From: Phaeosaccion multiseriatum
Taxonomy: Eukaryota > Protista > Ochrophyta, other classes
DNA length: 64,000 bases
Assembly: GCA_965112735.1 (NCBI GenBank)
Contig: OZ218950.1
Location: 2,790,001-2,854,000 of the forward strand
Reading direction: 5' to 3'
A program made the translations under genes and the position numbers. The notes beneath the pieces were generated by a model. It did no database searches, had not been told where the DNA came from, and worked only from the letters and a program-made list of their open reading frames with translations. Positions 24,279-37,962 of this stretch are shown here, in pieces (positions within the stretch are counted from its first letter, which is position 1; each line of letters opens with the position of its first letter).

Positions 24279-25244
24279 ATGAAGGTTCTGTGTGTGTTGC
24301 TTGTGCTCCTCTCCGCCTTCATCGACCCAGCCGTGGCGGATCCTGCCTTCGCCGTCCTTACCTTCACCCTGAGCGCAACCGAGTGTGCAGCATCTGGCGC
24401 GGTTTACTCGGAGTCTTCTTCTGGCTCCGGCAGCGTGATGAAGGTAAAAAGCGACTACAACTGCACGGATCCCAGCGTGGCGAAGAAGCGGGACCCCTTG
24501 AAGGATGACTCCACGGCCTGCGAGGGCTTGGAGGTAAGAAGGAAACCTGCTCCCGAAGCTGGGGCCCTGAAAAACATCTTCTCCTCACTTTTACTCATGT
24601 TCCCCCTCCTCCCCCTCCCGCTGCCGCTTTTATCTCCTCAGACGCTGAGCTGGGCCGTGGAATGGGGATCTTCGAAGAAGGGCGACGCTTCCTCCACCAG
24701 CGGACGGCTTGAGTGGGCCATTAGCTCGAGCAAATGCAGCATGCAGGATGACCACGCCTTCACTACAGGGGCAGCGCTCTGCAATGACGACACCCACACG
24801 CTGCTGCTCTTCCAATCCGCGGACAAGGAGGACAAGAAGGGCGAGGGAGGAGCAGACACGGGCATCATCCTGTACGTGGCCAAGCAGGCGGTGGCCAACG
24901 CGGCGGGCTACGGATATACAGAGCTTTCCACTGTGGTTAAGCCCCTCGCCGCCCCTACCTACAAGGCCCTCTGTGACACCGACCTGCACGTTGTGCTGGC
25001 CACTGTCGTGGACACGCTTCGGAGTGGCCAGCAGCTGGTGCCATCAAAGAGCGAGGAGGGAAAGACGGAGGAGGGGGGCGGGGGGGGGGGGGAGGGCACA
25101 CTGGTGGCCATGGGGGTGCCGCTGGAGCACGGAGGGACGCGGGCAAGGGTCACGAGCTCGCCCACCCACTTCTACAATGGCTTCTCTGCCTGCCGCGAGT
25201 GTCAGCAGGGGCAGGAATTTGACGTCTTTGAGGAATTTCCGAAG

Positions 25245-25275
<31 letters not shown>

Positions 25276-26520
25276 GGAGGGTGAGGGGGAGGGGGGCGAG
25301 TGCCCACTGTAGTGCACGTGTGACTACTCGGGGGGAGGGGAAGTGTCCACTGAATGCACAGAAAGAGGAGGGCAGGGCTTGGGGACACGAATCTCGCTCC
25401 GTACCTACCCACCCATATGCCTCTACTCTATCCAACCATACGCCTCTACCCTACCCATATACCTCTGAATGCACAGAAAGAGGAGGGCTTGGGAACACGA
25501 ATCTTCTCGCTCCGTACCACAAACCTTTCTTCTGGTGCATGATTCACACCAACCCCGAGTCTCTGATACACGGGCCCTTTGCTCTCTGACACACTCGAAT
25601 CGGGACTGACTGAAGAACCCCTCACCCCCCTTCTCACCCTGAGTCTCTGACACATTGAGCTCGCCCTTCGCCTTCCTCTTGCCCTTGGCCATTGCTGTGT
25701 GGCTGTATCCCCTTCTCCTTGTCCTTAGGTCATCCCCGGCAGCAAGACTGCCGCCTCTCCCTCTCCTGCCCCGACGCCCAAGTCTCCTCACGGCACCATG
25801 CACCCCTCCCCCGAGCCTGTCCAGCAGTACTACGGCCCCCCTGAGACATCGCCCACCCCCGAGCCCACTTCACCCTCACCCAAGGCTTCACCCACGGACA
25901 AGGGAGAGGTGAGCAGTAGGCAGTGGCGAGGTTATGTTATCTTCTTCTTTCCTCCTTGTCGTTGGAGAGCACTGAGGCGCCTTCGTAAAGGAAGAGGATC
26001 GTAGCTCCAAGCCCGTTCTCTTTCTTTATGCCTCTGCCTCTCTCTCTATCTCACTCTTCTGTGGCCTGTCTTCCCCCCCTCCCTCCCTCCCATGGTCGTA
26101 CCGCCGTGCCCTTGTTCTTTGGGTCCTCCTATGTATGTCCCTTCCCTTCAGACGCGCGCTCCCGTAGGGTCGTATTCCCTGCCGGGCCGGGGCTTCAATG
26201 AGGCGGCGCAGCTGCTCTGGCGGGAAAAGGTGCGAGAGAGGGGTGGAGTTGAAATAGACTGGAGAAGTGGAGTGAATGAGGGAGGGGTGGAGCTGAAATA
26301 GACTGGAGAAGTGGAGTGAATGAGGGAGGGGTGGAGTTGAAATAGACTGGACAAGTGGAGTGAATGAGGGAGGGGTGGAGCTGAAACAGAGGGGAGTGGG
26401 GCGCTGGCAAAGCTCAGCAGCAGCAGCAGCGTAAAAGGCACAGTGCATGTGAAGGAGCCAAGCAGAGGCACGTGTAGGTAGACGCTTGGGGCCCTTCTAT
26501 GAAAACACACGCACACACAG

Positions 26521-26551
<31 letters not shown>

Positions 26552-26881
26552 AGACGTTCCCTCCTCTCCTCACGTGACTCAAGTTAGTCTTCTCCCCCCC
26601 CCACCCTATCCACCCCTGCCTCTTTCCCTCCATCCTTGCATCATTTCTTCTCTCCCCCCCCACCCTTCCCTGACCGTCGCTCACAGGCCAACGCGGTGGC
26701 CATGCTTTCCCTCCTGGGCGGAGCGCTGGGGCTTGCAGCGATGCTCTTTGTGAGGAGGAGGGAGATGGCGAGGCTAGGAGGTGAAGCGGCCTTTGGGGTG
26801 CCCCCCAGTGCGGCAGGGGGCGCGGGGGGCATGTATGGCAGGCCAGGAGAGCCCGGTGGCAACATCAGTCCTCAGTTTTGA
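24279..26881 (+). CDS. Uncharacterised type-I membrane / cell-surface protein, spliced
   Basis: Signal peptide MKVLCVLLVLLSAFIDPAVA, Cys-containing ectodomain, P/T/S-rich stalk exon (~25730-25908), then TM AVAMLSLLGGALGLAAMLFV followed by RRRE. Confidence 0.7.
26241..26390. repeat. 44-bp intronic tandem repeat, ~3.4 copies
   Basis: gggtggagYtgaaatagactggaSaagtggagtgaatgagggag repeated. Confidence 0.9.
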
Positions 26882-27385
26882 TGAGTAGTGATGATGGTGG
26901 AGTGGCTCGGTCTGTGTACAACATTCTATCCCCCTCCCCAAGGGCAGAAAAGGCAGAGGAGGACTGCGAGTGAGGTGGAGCGCCCACTTGCGTGCCGTGG
27001 TCCACACTCGTCCCTCCACAAGAGGGAGAATCGCGAAGGAGCCTCAGCCGGTGCTCCACTGGCCGCAGACAAAGGGGGTACGCTTGGTGATACGTCTGTG
27101 GGGTGGGGCGGCATTCGCACGCACGGAGCACTCTCGACATTGGTCGGTGGTCGGTGGTCATTCATTGAAGGACCGAGCTGCGACTGGTGATACTGACCCT
27201 AGAAAGGGCGGGGTCCATCTGTGAGGCCGCATGCCACCCTCGACGCCGCCGCTTCACACCAGCACACATTCCCACCAGCGCCATCAGCAGCAGTAGCAGC
27301 AGGACACATTGACAGCAGTGCCGGAGAGGGGAGAGGAGACCTGAGGCCCCGTCTTCCTCGCTTCTCTCCCCATCGCGAGACCCAT

Positions 27386-27420
<35 letters not shown>

Positions 27421-28281
27421 CATGATGACGATGACGACCGGTCCTGATACTCGATGGGCCAGAGCAGCGCCCCTGGCAGTTCTTTCTCTCGGCCGAAAGT
27501 GAAAAGGTCTTTACTGCCTTCCAAGGAAGGGCCGGATGAGAGGAGTTGAACTGGCCGTAGTAACATCTGCACGCAAAGGATTTACGGCAGGCGAGACATT
27601 CTTTCCCTTCGCCCTCGGGTATGCTGCAATTGGGTGGTTTCGTAGTTGAAGGATGCTTCAGCAAAGGTTCGGTGGTCTGTACTATCGGGATATTCAGCAC
27701 AAAGTAAGCTAGCGTCCACAGCGGGCGACAGACTTCCCCCGACATGAAAGAATGGTGACTGACTGCATAGACGCCGCACAAGGCAAAGCACACAAGCAAC
27801 AAGTAAAGAAGAGGGAAGGACCTTTTTTATACACATGAGTGGTTTGTTTTTCAATTAGAATCATTTCGTAAACTATAAAGCCAGTGAAGCATTGCCCCCA
27901 GCCCCCCCCCGCCAGCAGGAGCTTCTGTGGCCCCTTCCCGAGGTATCCTGCCTCCCTCGGCCTTACAAGGGGAAAAAGGCTCGTATCACAAGTCGAATGG
28001 GAGTGAGCAGCAGCAGCTGCGTATGTGAGAGGGACTGGCATTGCTACCGTGCATTTCAACACGCTCGAGGCCCCCCCTCTCTCCTCTGTGAGTACCACAG
28101 TTGTAGACGGGAGGGGAATGGTCTCCGAAGTACAAAAGGGCCACTGGGGCCACCACAACTTACGAGGCCCAGCACAGCTCCACAGTTTACACATCTCACC
28201 CTACCCCAGACATTCCTCCGAGAGCCAAAGCTTACTTCCACTTATTTTTTTAGTAAGGAAAAAGAGACTGCAGGTGCGCCC

Positions 28282-31257
28282 TCATGTTGTTACCCCTCCT
28301 CCTCCCCCTCCTCCCCCTCCTCCAAGTGCTGGTGCTGCTGCCCCTGGTGCTGGTGCTTCTCCTCCCTTGGCCCTCGCTCTGGCCGCAGCTGCCGCCTCTT
28401 TCCTCTCCTCATGACACCTGCAGCCAAACACCATGCTCTTGACGGCCTGAGTCATGTGCCCCTGGCACAGCTCGATGGCAAGCTCCCCGCCGCTCTGAGT
28501 GCTCTTGGTGAGGGTGTTCTCCTCGGTCTTACCGCTGCCGCTTGCGCCCCCCCCCGCCCCGCCTCCCATGCCAAACCCTCCCCCCTCCCCGCTCGCGTCG
28601 CCCGCCCCTCCTCCCATGAGGTATGCGCTGTACACACCGCCCCCGCCTCCTCGCCCCGCGGAGTGGCTTCCTGAGTGACCGAGCTGTATACCGAACTGGT
28701 CAAGCTTGTCGGACACGTTGCCTACTCGCTCTGCGAATCGCTCCCGATTCTTGGTAGGGTGGGTGGGGGGGGATGGGGGATGAGGCACGGGGGGGGAGGG
28801 GAAGGGAGGCGAAGGGACATTATGAGGGTTTTCGCAGAAGGTTTTGGGCGTAGCAGTCGTTTGCACACATTTCTTCGCGCGATAAGTACCCTACATACAA
28901 AACAGGTCAGGCACCACGCACACACGTTTACACACATTCAACGCACGGGCAGGCAGAGGCAGGTAGGCGGGCAGATAGATAGGCAGGCGGGCAGACACAC
29001 AGACGGAAACACAACCCCCTCCTCTCCCTCTCTCACACACACACTCTTTCTCACCTCCTTCTCCAGCATTGGTGTGGAGCTCAGCATGCGCATCCACAGA
29101 AAGTTCTCACTGAGGATGCCCATGACGTCACTTGCCATGCTACTCATAAAGTATTCCACCTCGAGCGTGTAGTAGCGGTTCCAGCAGGACCCCCATCGCT
29201 CGAGACGGGCGTGGTCGTCGGTGACAATCTTGCCGTCGGGCACTTCGTTGGCGATGGAGGATGCGTACTCGGGAGGATACACGCGAAAGGCACCGAACTC
29301 TGGTACAGCCTTTGGAGGAGGAGGAGGAGGAGGAGGAGGATGAAGAGGAGCAGGAGAGGGAGAGAGGGAAGAGGGGTTTGAGTAGGAGCTTCCGCTTCAG
29401 AGCCGGGGAGGCTTCGGCGAGAGAGGGAAGCACCATATGCTTAACTCTCTTGGCTCACAGGGAGGGCAGGGCTGGGCGTCCCCCGCCTCTCTCCTTCTCT
29501 GTCCCCCCCTCTCTTTTCTCTCTCTCTCATGTACGCATATCTGCAAACCCGTGTGCTGTCACCAATTGTACAACTTCCTACCCTCACACTCCCCGATTGA
29601 GGGCAGCGTGTGTACTACCGCTGCTGCTGCTGCTGCTGCTGCTCCTTTCTCGTACCTTGGCCAGAGAGCGCAGGGGGTCGACAACGATGGCCAGCCAGGG
29701 ATTGCCGTGGGGGTCCTCCGCCCGTTGCCACGAGAGCTGTGTGGACACGTCTGTGGAAGACAAGAAGCAGTGGCTGTAGGGCTCCACGTCGAAGGGGTGC
29801 GAGTGGTACCTGGGGCAACGCAGGTCGGGATGAGAAGGAGGAGGGGGAGGAACGCAAAGGGCCGTGTCAGGACAGTAGTTGTGAGCGTCTCTGAGACGCA
29901 AAAAGCAAACGAAGCAGGACGATTCCATCCATTCGCGGCAATCACTCTCTTACTCATCCCACTCCCTCGCTAGCTCACCCCCCTCCCTCCCTCCCTCCCT
30001 CCCTCCCTCTCTTTGTCCCTCACTCACTCATTCCCTCACTCACCACCCCATGAAGCGCTCTTTCCGGCTCTCCTCGAGGGACTCTCCAAGCTCGATCATG
30101 TAGTTGGTCACTTCCTCATCGTCCGCCAGCACCTTGGTCTCCGCCCCCTCGATAGGCAGCGGGAACACGTCGCACACCACGAGTGCGGTGGGCTGTGCAC
30201 GATGCAGAGGAAGAATAACATAATCAAGGGCAGGGCGGAAGGAGAGCTTTCGTTGGGTTTTGGAAGGAAAGAGTGCTCCCACCCCCCGACGAGGGCCAAA
30301 AGCCAAGAGCAAATGCCAAAATTCTCAGCAGCCCATTATGCCTATTACGTCGGCCCTGTTCTTTCCACTCGAGCATCGATCGGGTGAACACATATCCCAA
30401 CATTACGCACGTCTTCGGTGTCAGGACGGCCGAGCATGAGTCCCATGATCTCCACGGGCTTGCCTCCCTGCTTCATGCCCTTCTCCACCCCCGAGTTGGC
30501 GTGCATGAGCTGACGGCAGAGGAGAGGGCAGGGGGAGAGAGAGGGGGATGTCAACATCGAAGGGGTGCGGCAGGTATAAAGAGCACGGACCGTGAGATGA
30601 GAGAAGGGTGCGTGGGGTTCAATGTGATGTTGGAATGGGTAGATGGGGAGTGATGCTCCACACCATATGCCCTTCGGAGGCTTTTTCACTTCCTCTGTGC
30701 CTCTGTGCCTGATACCAAAAGTGCCCCTCAGTCGAGTGGGTGGGGTGGAAGTCTAGCCCCTCCGGCCCATGCGGCGCGTTTTACTTACCATCTTCATGGC
30801 GGCGGAGGGAGAAACTTTGGCCTTTTTGAAGTACTTGGGGCTGCGGGGGCGGACGGTACCGAAGCGCAGTAGGTTGACAGGCACAAAGATGGGGGGTTAG
30901 CGGGAGGGGACAAGGTTTAGTTGTCTTCTCGAGGCAGGAGTAGAAGACGGGAGGACATTACAGGGGTTAACATTATTCCTCGTTTGCCATGCATGGAAAC
31001 CCTCCAAGCTCCGAAGGAAGGGGAAAGACAACAAAACGTACACCAGAGAGGCCGGAGAGTAGGGGGCACCCCCACTCGCCCACTCACTCTTTCATCCACG
31101 GCTTCGCTGCCCTTATCTTGTCCAGCTTCTCCTCATCGAACGAGTACAGCGCGTCCCGCGCCGCCCCATTGGCGCTCGCTCCCCCCTTTCCACCGCCGCC
31201 ACCACTCGGAGGCGCCGGAGGCGCCATTGCAGCCCCCGCCCCTCCATCTCCCATCAT

Positions 31258-31289
<32 letters not shown>

Positions 31290-31404
31290 GCTGCTGCTGC
31301 TGCTGGAGATCGGCATACCCGCCCTCCCCTCCGGCCATCCCCCCCCCGCTCAGCCTGGGCATCTTCCCCTTGGAAGATGCCTTCCCCTTACCCTTTGCAC
31401 TCAT
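28282..31404 (-). CDS. COPS5: COP9 signalosome subunit 5 (JAMM/MPN+ deneddylase)
   Basis: AAKPW, YFKKAKVS..A.MKM, HANSG...EIMGLMLG, FPLPIEGAET, GWYHSHP...FLSSTDVSTQ, AIVVDPLRS, EFGAFRVYP, YYTLEVEYFMS. Confidence 0.93.
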
Positions 31405-31801
31405 GGCAGCCCGATGGGTGGGAGATCACCACTTAAGGGAGGCCTCCAGCCCCTCCCGCCCTTCTGCGCAACAGGTAGAACTGCCGTGGGGTCTAGTCGC
31501 CCTGTTGCCTTGGCCCCCCGATCCCCCCCTAATTCCCCTCCCCAAGACGTCTTTATATTCCTGACCTCCTTTCAACTGTCCTGGGACTAAAACTGTGGGA
31601 GCTTCGAGGACTGAACAATGGCGAGAGCAGTGAGTAAAGAGGTGCTGCTACTCCTAGGGCGTCACGATGGCTGCCGTAAATCTCGCGGAGCTCGCGCAAC
31701 ACCTAGCCCCCCCTGGGCCATACCACCAACAGGCCTACTTTTATTTGGGCCGGTACCCGCATTCCCCAAAGCGTCGACCAACAAAGGAGCTTGTAGCTCC
31801 C

Positions 31802-32121
31802 ATGGCGCGTTTTGTTTCTCAGAGCACCTTCGATGGCGTCGTCCAGGAGAACATGGACGACTTCGACATGACGAAGGAGGAAGCTTTGAAAGACGCAGTC
31901 AGCCAGTTTGACTCTCAAGGTGAGACGAGCAAGCGCGCTCAACTGGCTCACAATCAGGCTTATTCCCCGCTTCCAGGGTGTCGGTGTTGTGTGAAGTCGT
32001 GGAATCTCAGGGAAAAGGTGTTGTGAGCTGAGTCGAGTCTCTCCTCGCTGCAGAACGAGTCTAGAGAGTCTCCGCGCATCATGACTTTCTGTCAGGCGCT
32101 CTTTCTCTCACGCACTGTCGT

Positions 32122-32152
<31 letters not shown>

Positions 32153-34155
32153 ATCACATCTCTCGAACTTTGACGCGGTGCATGTAGGTGCGTCCTTAAA
32201 TGGTATTGACACCAGTGGGAGGGAGGACAGGCTTCAAGCTCGGCAAGCACTGGGGGAAGCCATCAGGTCCGTCGAGAGTACCAGCTCACATGACAGGGGT
32301 CTCGATTGCATCAACCCCAGCTTCTGGTACCCATCCCATCTCTCTCTCTCTACTCTGTTTCCCTCCCCGTTTCCGTGGAAAAGCCTCTTTGTATCTCCCC
32401 TCCCTCTCACTCTCCCGGTGACTCGTATCTCTCGTCCCCTCCTCTCTCTCCTACGATCCTCAGCCTCCTGGAGCAGCTGAGGGACCAGGCGGACTTCTCC
32501 CATGAGATTGCCATTGCTCAGATTGACAAGATTGCCAGCCTATGCAGGACAGGCTCGTTAGAAGAAGCTTCGCTGGACTCAGCGGCAGCAGACGTCGTCA
32601 AACCAGGGCCAGTCCAGGGGCAGGGGCCCGTGCCAGCGCCAGTGGCAGAAGTAGGCGCGACCAAACCGCAAGCCCATGACGCCGTTGATGCTGCCAAAGC
32701 CGCCAGAGAAAGAGAAGCCCACGCCTCTGTATGCAGAGACAGTGTCGCCGACAACAACGGGATGCGAGCAGTGGCAGGTTACGTCGACCCGGACGAGCTG
32801 CCAAGGGATATGCTCCTGTGTGCCTTGACAGCGCTCCGGGCCATGAGCAAGGGCCACGAGCGGAACAGAGACGCTATGTACATGCATCTGGCGCGAGTCA
32901 TTGCCGTGCTCAAGGCCTTTCCGGGGGATGCCGAGCTTGTGGCCGCGGCGCTGGCAGTGGTGCGAGTGTGCTCCCAAAAGTGCGAGAGCAACAAGGGGGG
33001 CTTTGTGAACAACGGAGGAGTTGAGGCCCTGCTCAAGTGCCTGAGGATAGACTTGGAGGACGGGTAAGTAGTAGCGACTCGATCTCTTCCCCTACCCCAC
33101 TTACCGCCGGATTGGTTTCTCACTGCTTGCTGCCCCGTGCCGTAGTGTTGTGCGATCACCCCGTCGCCCACCCCGCCCTTCTCCCTCCTCTGCTTCCTGC
33201 GTGTGTGTGTATGCGTGTATGTGTGTGTGTGTGTGTGTGTACGCGCTTACAGAGAGAAGAACAGCCGAGTGCTCGTGTGTGAGGCGTGTGGCACTATACG
33301 CAGCCTGTGCATGGGGGACGACGTTCGCAAGGACCTGAGCAGCGCTTTTGAGAATGCCAAGGCCTTCGCCAGTAAAGGGGCCATTCCGCTCCTCCTCGCA
33401 GCGGCAAGGCGGTACGGGCCCGAGGGGGACAGGGGCGGACAAGAGGAGGGGGCGGAAGGGGCACTGGCCATCATCTTTATGGCCCTCAGGTACGTACGGC
33501 CGTCCATGCGTCTAGGGATGGAGGGGAAAGGGGAATGGACAAGGACGCCCCTGATGCCGTTCACTTTCACACTCTCCTCTTGCCAGGCACGGAAATGCTT
33601 GTTGGGGAAACTCTGAACAAGCCCCTCCTCCCCTTCTGCCCTCTCTTTGAATGCTTTTTTTTGCTTTTTCGTGCATGGTGATGATGTGCTCCCAGGCACC
33701 TAGCGGTCAGTGACGAGATCGTCAAGGATATGGTGGAGCAAGGGAGTCTCTCTTTGCTCATCGCAGCCATTCGAGCGCAAATAGAGGGAGGAGGGTCCAT
33801 CCTTAGTAGTGACGCTGCAGCAACACCACAGGCACCAGGGGGGTCTGGAGCGGAGGAGCGGAAGCAAGAGGAAAGGGCAGAAGGAGAAGGAGGAGGCACT
33901 AAGAGCGGCAGCGAGGAGGAGGACAGCAGCGCAGACGACAACGACAACAACTGTAGCAGTACCAGCAGCAAGGGATGCGCAGTCGCCCGAGCCGTGGTGG
34001 CGCTGTTCCGCAACATCTCCGGAAACGACGCGTTCAAGACACGCCTGGTGGAGGAGGGAGGACTGTCCATGATGCTGCAGACTATGCAGCGATACCCGAT
34101 GGACTTTCGGTGAGGCAGAGCGAAGGAGCGCAATGCTCGGAGGGGGCGTGGGCAT

Positions 34156-34199
<44 letters not shown>

Positions 34200-34778
34200 T
34201 TTCTCTCCCTCTCGCTCTCTCCCCCTCTATATACATCTCTTCCTCTCTCCGTCTCTCTCCCCCTCGCGAGGCACATTTGAGTTCCTCGACATGGGACAAC
34301 TCTTCTGACGACGGACTGATTCAGCACCCCCCTCTTCTCCGGTGTGCGTTGTACTTCACAGGCTGGCAGAGCACGGCGCAGCCACTATGGCAGCCATGGC
34401 GCTTAGAGCACCGCTTAACGGAGAGGCCGTGGTCAAGGCAGGAGGGACAGGCCTCGTGATCGACGCCATGCAGAGGTGAGGAGGAGTGACGGAGCAGATC
34501 AACGTTCAAGTCTACCGTGGCGTCGTGTGTCCTTCCTTCTTTCTGTTCCTCTCTCTCTCTCTCTCTCACGCACACATGCACTTATCTCTCTCTGATGCAA
34601 CTACTCATTTCTTTTGTGTCACTCGCTGTCTATCCATCCCTCCGCCATCCACTGCCATCCCCTGCGTCCCCCTCACCCAGGTTCCCGACCCGAGTGGGTC
34701 TGCAGCGCCAGGGGGCTCTCTGCCTACGCAACATCGCCGCCCGCTGTGTGGCGCTGCGGGTGAGTTGCGAGAGACTGC

Positions 34779-34810
<32 letters not shown>

Positions 34811-34933
34811 GTTGGAAGAGGGCAAGGAATCAGCTGATTGAGATGGAGGTCATCTGATTGATTGTCCAGCAGTCTCTAGTCGACTTTCGCTTCCCTCTTG
34901 TGGAGCCCGCACGCGTCCCCGCCCCCCCCCAAA

Positions 34934-34972
<39 letters not shown>

Positions 34973-35318
34973 GCACACACACACGCTTGCTCGCTCACGT
35001 CGAATCTTAAACGCTCTCCTCAACACAACACCCAAGGAGGAGATCCTGGACCAGGGCGCGGAAGCGGTCCTCCGAGTGGCGGGGTCTCACCGAGGAGCCG
35101 TGGATGAGGCCTACGGGGCGCTGAGGGACCTGGGCTGTGAAGCCGCCGTGACCACTCGGACTGTGCATGAGGACGGCTCTGTGCAGGTGGAGCATGGGGT
35201 GCGCGGCTTCGGGGATAAGAAGGCCAACTTCAGCGCCAGCATGGAGGAGAGCGCGAATCTGAAGCAGCGCGTGGCCAGCGAGGCCAAGACACCCGCACAG
35301 CTGGGCTTTCGACTCTGA
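31802..35318 (+). CDS. ARMC6: Armadillo repeat-containing protein 6
   Basis: N-terminal SQSTFDGVVQENMDDFDM..EEALKDAVSQFDSQG, ARM repeats (LCMGDDVR, FRNISGND, LRNIAAR) and C-terminal AYGALRDLGC. Confidence 0.88.
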
Positions 35319-35537
35319 CACACTTTCGTGATGTTTCGTCGATAAGTCAATCGTCAATGATTTCCTTGACATACCATTTTTTTTTTACTTTTACGCCCCC
35401 CTCACTCAATGGCGTGCTTCAAGAAGGGCCGACATCTCCTCCTTTCCTCTCTACCTCTCTTGCACTGCTGCACTGGGGGGGTAGAGGGCTTCGCTCTCCA
35501 CACTTGCTCAAGGGTTGCTTTGAGACCTCCTTTCGTC

Positions 35538-36803
35538 ATGGCTGAGGCTGCCACTGAAGGCGCTGCTGCAGGGGAGGATGGGCCATGGGTAACGGTGGGG
35601 GGGGGGAAGGGCAAGCCCGCAGCAGCGCCTTCAGCAGCAGTCGAGGAGGGCCCGCGGGAAACGGTAGGGGGAAGGAAGGCCAAAAAGGCCAAGGTGTGCG
35701 CGGGTAAGGACGAAGAAATCTTAGCCGCAGCACCAGCACCAGCAGCGGGTGCGGTCAGAGAACCCAAAGGCTGGGACTGCGATCTGCCTTCCAGCTATAG
35801 CTATCCGGGGAAGCCGGCTCCAGACCACTTGAACTGGAAGAGTGCCCTTCGAAAGTTTTTGGCCCCCACGTTGGATCAAGAAACGCAGCGGCGCGTCTAC
35901 GTTCAGGACGATACCTGTGTCGTCATATACGACTGCTACCCCAAGGCGAGCCGCCACGTCCTGCTCATGCCTAGACCTGGTTATCTCAACAGAAAGGGGC
36001 CCGGCGATTTGCGATCCAAGGACCTGCCACTGCTCAGGACCCTTCACCGGAAAGGGAGGGAGGTTGCCGACAACTTGAAGAAGGGCTGGGAGAAAGACCA
36101 CGGCAAAGAGTGCATGGTCCGGATCGGTGCGTGTAACAGAGCTCGCTCTGCCCTCTTTGGCACGGGCCCGACCCCACACGGCGACCAAGAAACGCAGACC
36201 ACCCACACACCCTACCCCCCCCCCCCCGCGCGCTTCTTTCATATGCTTGTTTGTATTTGTTTGTTTGTTGCGTGGTGCGCAGGATACCACGGTATTCCTT
36301 CCTTGGAGCCTCTTCATCTCCATATTATCAGCCAGGACTTTGAGGCGTCGGAGTGTGTGAAAAACAAAAAACACATCAGTGAGTTCTCCGCCCCTCCCCG
36401 CCCCTCCCCGTTGTTGTTACTGCTCAGTCACAAGCGCACCTCTCTACCTCAGTGCCAAGCTCCAAAAACACGTTTCGACGGCTGTATTGGCGCTTTTTGT
36501 CTGTTGTTGGCGTGCGCTCCAGCCATCTACTCAACTCCCTCACTCCCCTTTCCCCTCCGTCCCTCTCTTCTCACAGACACCTTCACCACGAGCTTCTTTC
36601 TGGAGGCGGAGCGGGTTGAGCGTGAGCTGGAGCAGCAGGCCTCCTCCTCAGGCAGGCTCCAGCTGTCGCACGACGGCCTCATGGCGCTGGAGAAGCAGGC
36701 CCTGCGGTGCTTCAAGTGCAAGGCTCCGCAGAAGAACCTACCCTCACTCAAGACCCACATGGCTCGCTGCAAGGCCCCTATCCCGCTGAGTCTGGAGGGG
36801 TGA
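35538..36803 (+). CDS. APTX: Aprataxin (HIT domain plus C-terminal zinc finger); an in-frame upstream ATG exists at 35409
   Basis: VIYDCYPKASRHVLLMP, GYHGIPSLEPLHLHIISQDF, KNKKH, FTTSFF, LRCFKC...LKTH. Two introns; AATAAA at ~36931. Confidence 0.9.
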   Translation: MAEAATEGAAAGEDGPWVTVGGGKGKPAAAPSAAVEEGPRETVGGRKAKKAKVCAGKDEEILAAAPAPAAGAVREPKGWDCDLPSSYSYPGKPAPDHLNWKSALRKFLAPTLDQETQRRVYVQDDTCVVIYDCYPKASRHVLLMPRPGYLNRKGPGDLRSKDLPLLRTLHRKGREVADNLKKGWEKDHGKECMVRIGACNRARSALFGTGPTPHGDQETQTTHTPYPPPPARFFHMLVCICLFVAWCAGYHGIPSLEPLHLHIISQDFEASECVKNKKHISEFSAPPRPSPLLLLLSHKRTSLPQCQAPKTRFDGCIGAFCLLLACAPAIYSTPSLPFPLRPSLLTDTFTTSFFLEAERVERELEQQASSSGRLQLSHDGLMALEKQALRCFKCKAPQKNLPSLKTHMARCKAPIPLSLEG

Positions 36804-37119
36804 CAAGGGACCAGGGAGGGCCAGGAGGGCGGGTCTTGCGGCAGCACGCGGAGGACGTTGACTTTGTACGTAGCTTATAGCAGCACTGTGTGGGGAGTTG
36901 AAAATGTATATAGGCCTTTAACCTCACCTGAATAAATCAAAGAAATCGAAAAAAAACAAAACTAGTGTATTTTATTTCTTAAAAAAAAAAGGTGACTGTT
37001 CTTGCACGCACGTAGTCTCTCACTATGAATCGTTTCTCGCAGCGTTACTGACCCCCGTGGATCACTGATTAGTATCGGCCACCCACCTACGTTCTGCACT
37101 CACTCAGAGACTCGCGCAC

Positions 37120-37962
37120 TTAGTTAAGCTCCGTCTCCTCGTCTGAGCTTGAGCTCGAGCCCGAGGACGAAGAAGAGGCGGAGGCGGTCGTCTTGGTGTT
37201 GCCCTTGCCCTTGCCCTTAGGCGCAGCCCGGGACTTGCTGTCGTCATCGGAGCTTGAAGACGAGTTGGCGTCGTCGTCCTCGTCGTTCTCGTCGTCGTCC
37301 TCGTCCTTCTCGTCGTCGTCATCCTCCTCCTCCTCTTCCTCCTCCTCCTCCTCCTCCTCCTCCTCCTCCTCCTCTTCCGCCTCCTCCTCCTCCTCCTCCT
37401 CGTCGTCTTCGAACGGTTCATCGCTGTCGGGAGGAATTGTAGTAGTAACGAAACAAAGGATGAGTAAGAGGTTGTCTGTGACGACGTACGAGAGACGACG
37501 CAAAGGAACAGGGATACAAATCAACTCACCTGTCTTTCACGATGAAGTCGTCGTGACTGTCACATGCTTCATCGGCACAAGACGATGAAGAGGACACGTC
37601 GATAGCGTCGTGCGCGCTCAGGCCCTGGTGGGCGGCGAAGGATTCATCCGAACGTGATATAACGTCCGACATGCAAGACTTCGCGAACAAGGAAGCACAG
37701 GGGAAGTGGAGTAAGTTGGTGCTCCTGCCGTTGGTCTTCGGGCGGCTGAAGGCCATGTCGCCTTCTACAAAGCGCTGTTCACACTCCTCGTACTTGCACG
37801 CTCCTCCAACAGGGGCGGGAACGCCAGGCTTCGCAGCGTGTATCGCGGCCCTGCAGTGGCTGACGTTGGCGTGTAAATGCCTTGCAAGCCCCTTGGTGGT
37901 TGGATGCATACGGAAGAATGCTTGGCTTTTGGTAATGCCCGATAGGCATCCGTGGCACGTGA
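37120..37962 (-). pseudogene. Spliced gene remnant: PARP-zinc-finger-like motif plus acidic D/E tail
   Basis: AKPG...CKYEEC...LLHFPC. A GT-AG intron at 37424-37529 joins DDFIVKD-SDEPFEDDEEE in frame. A 5-nt insertion near 37836-37840 shifts the upstream frame. Confidence 0.5.

Noticed and set aside
27284-28200. Cys-containing ORFs between the membrane protein and CSN5
   Set aside because: Non-ATG starts, no recognisable motif or splice structure; cannot be supported.
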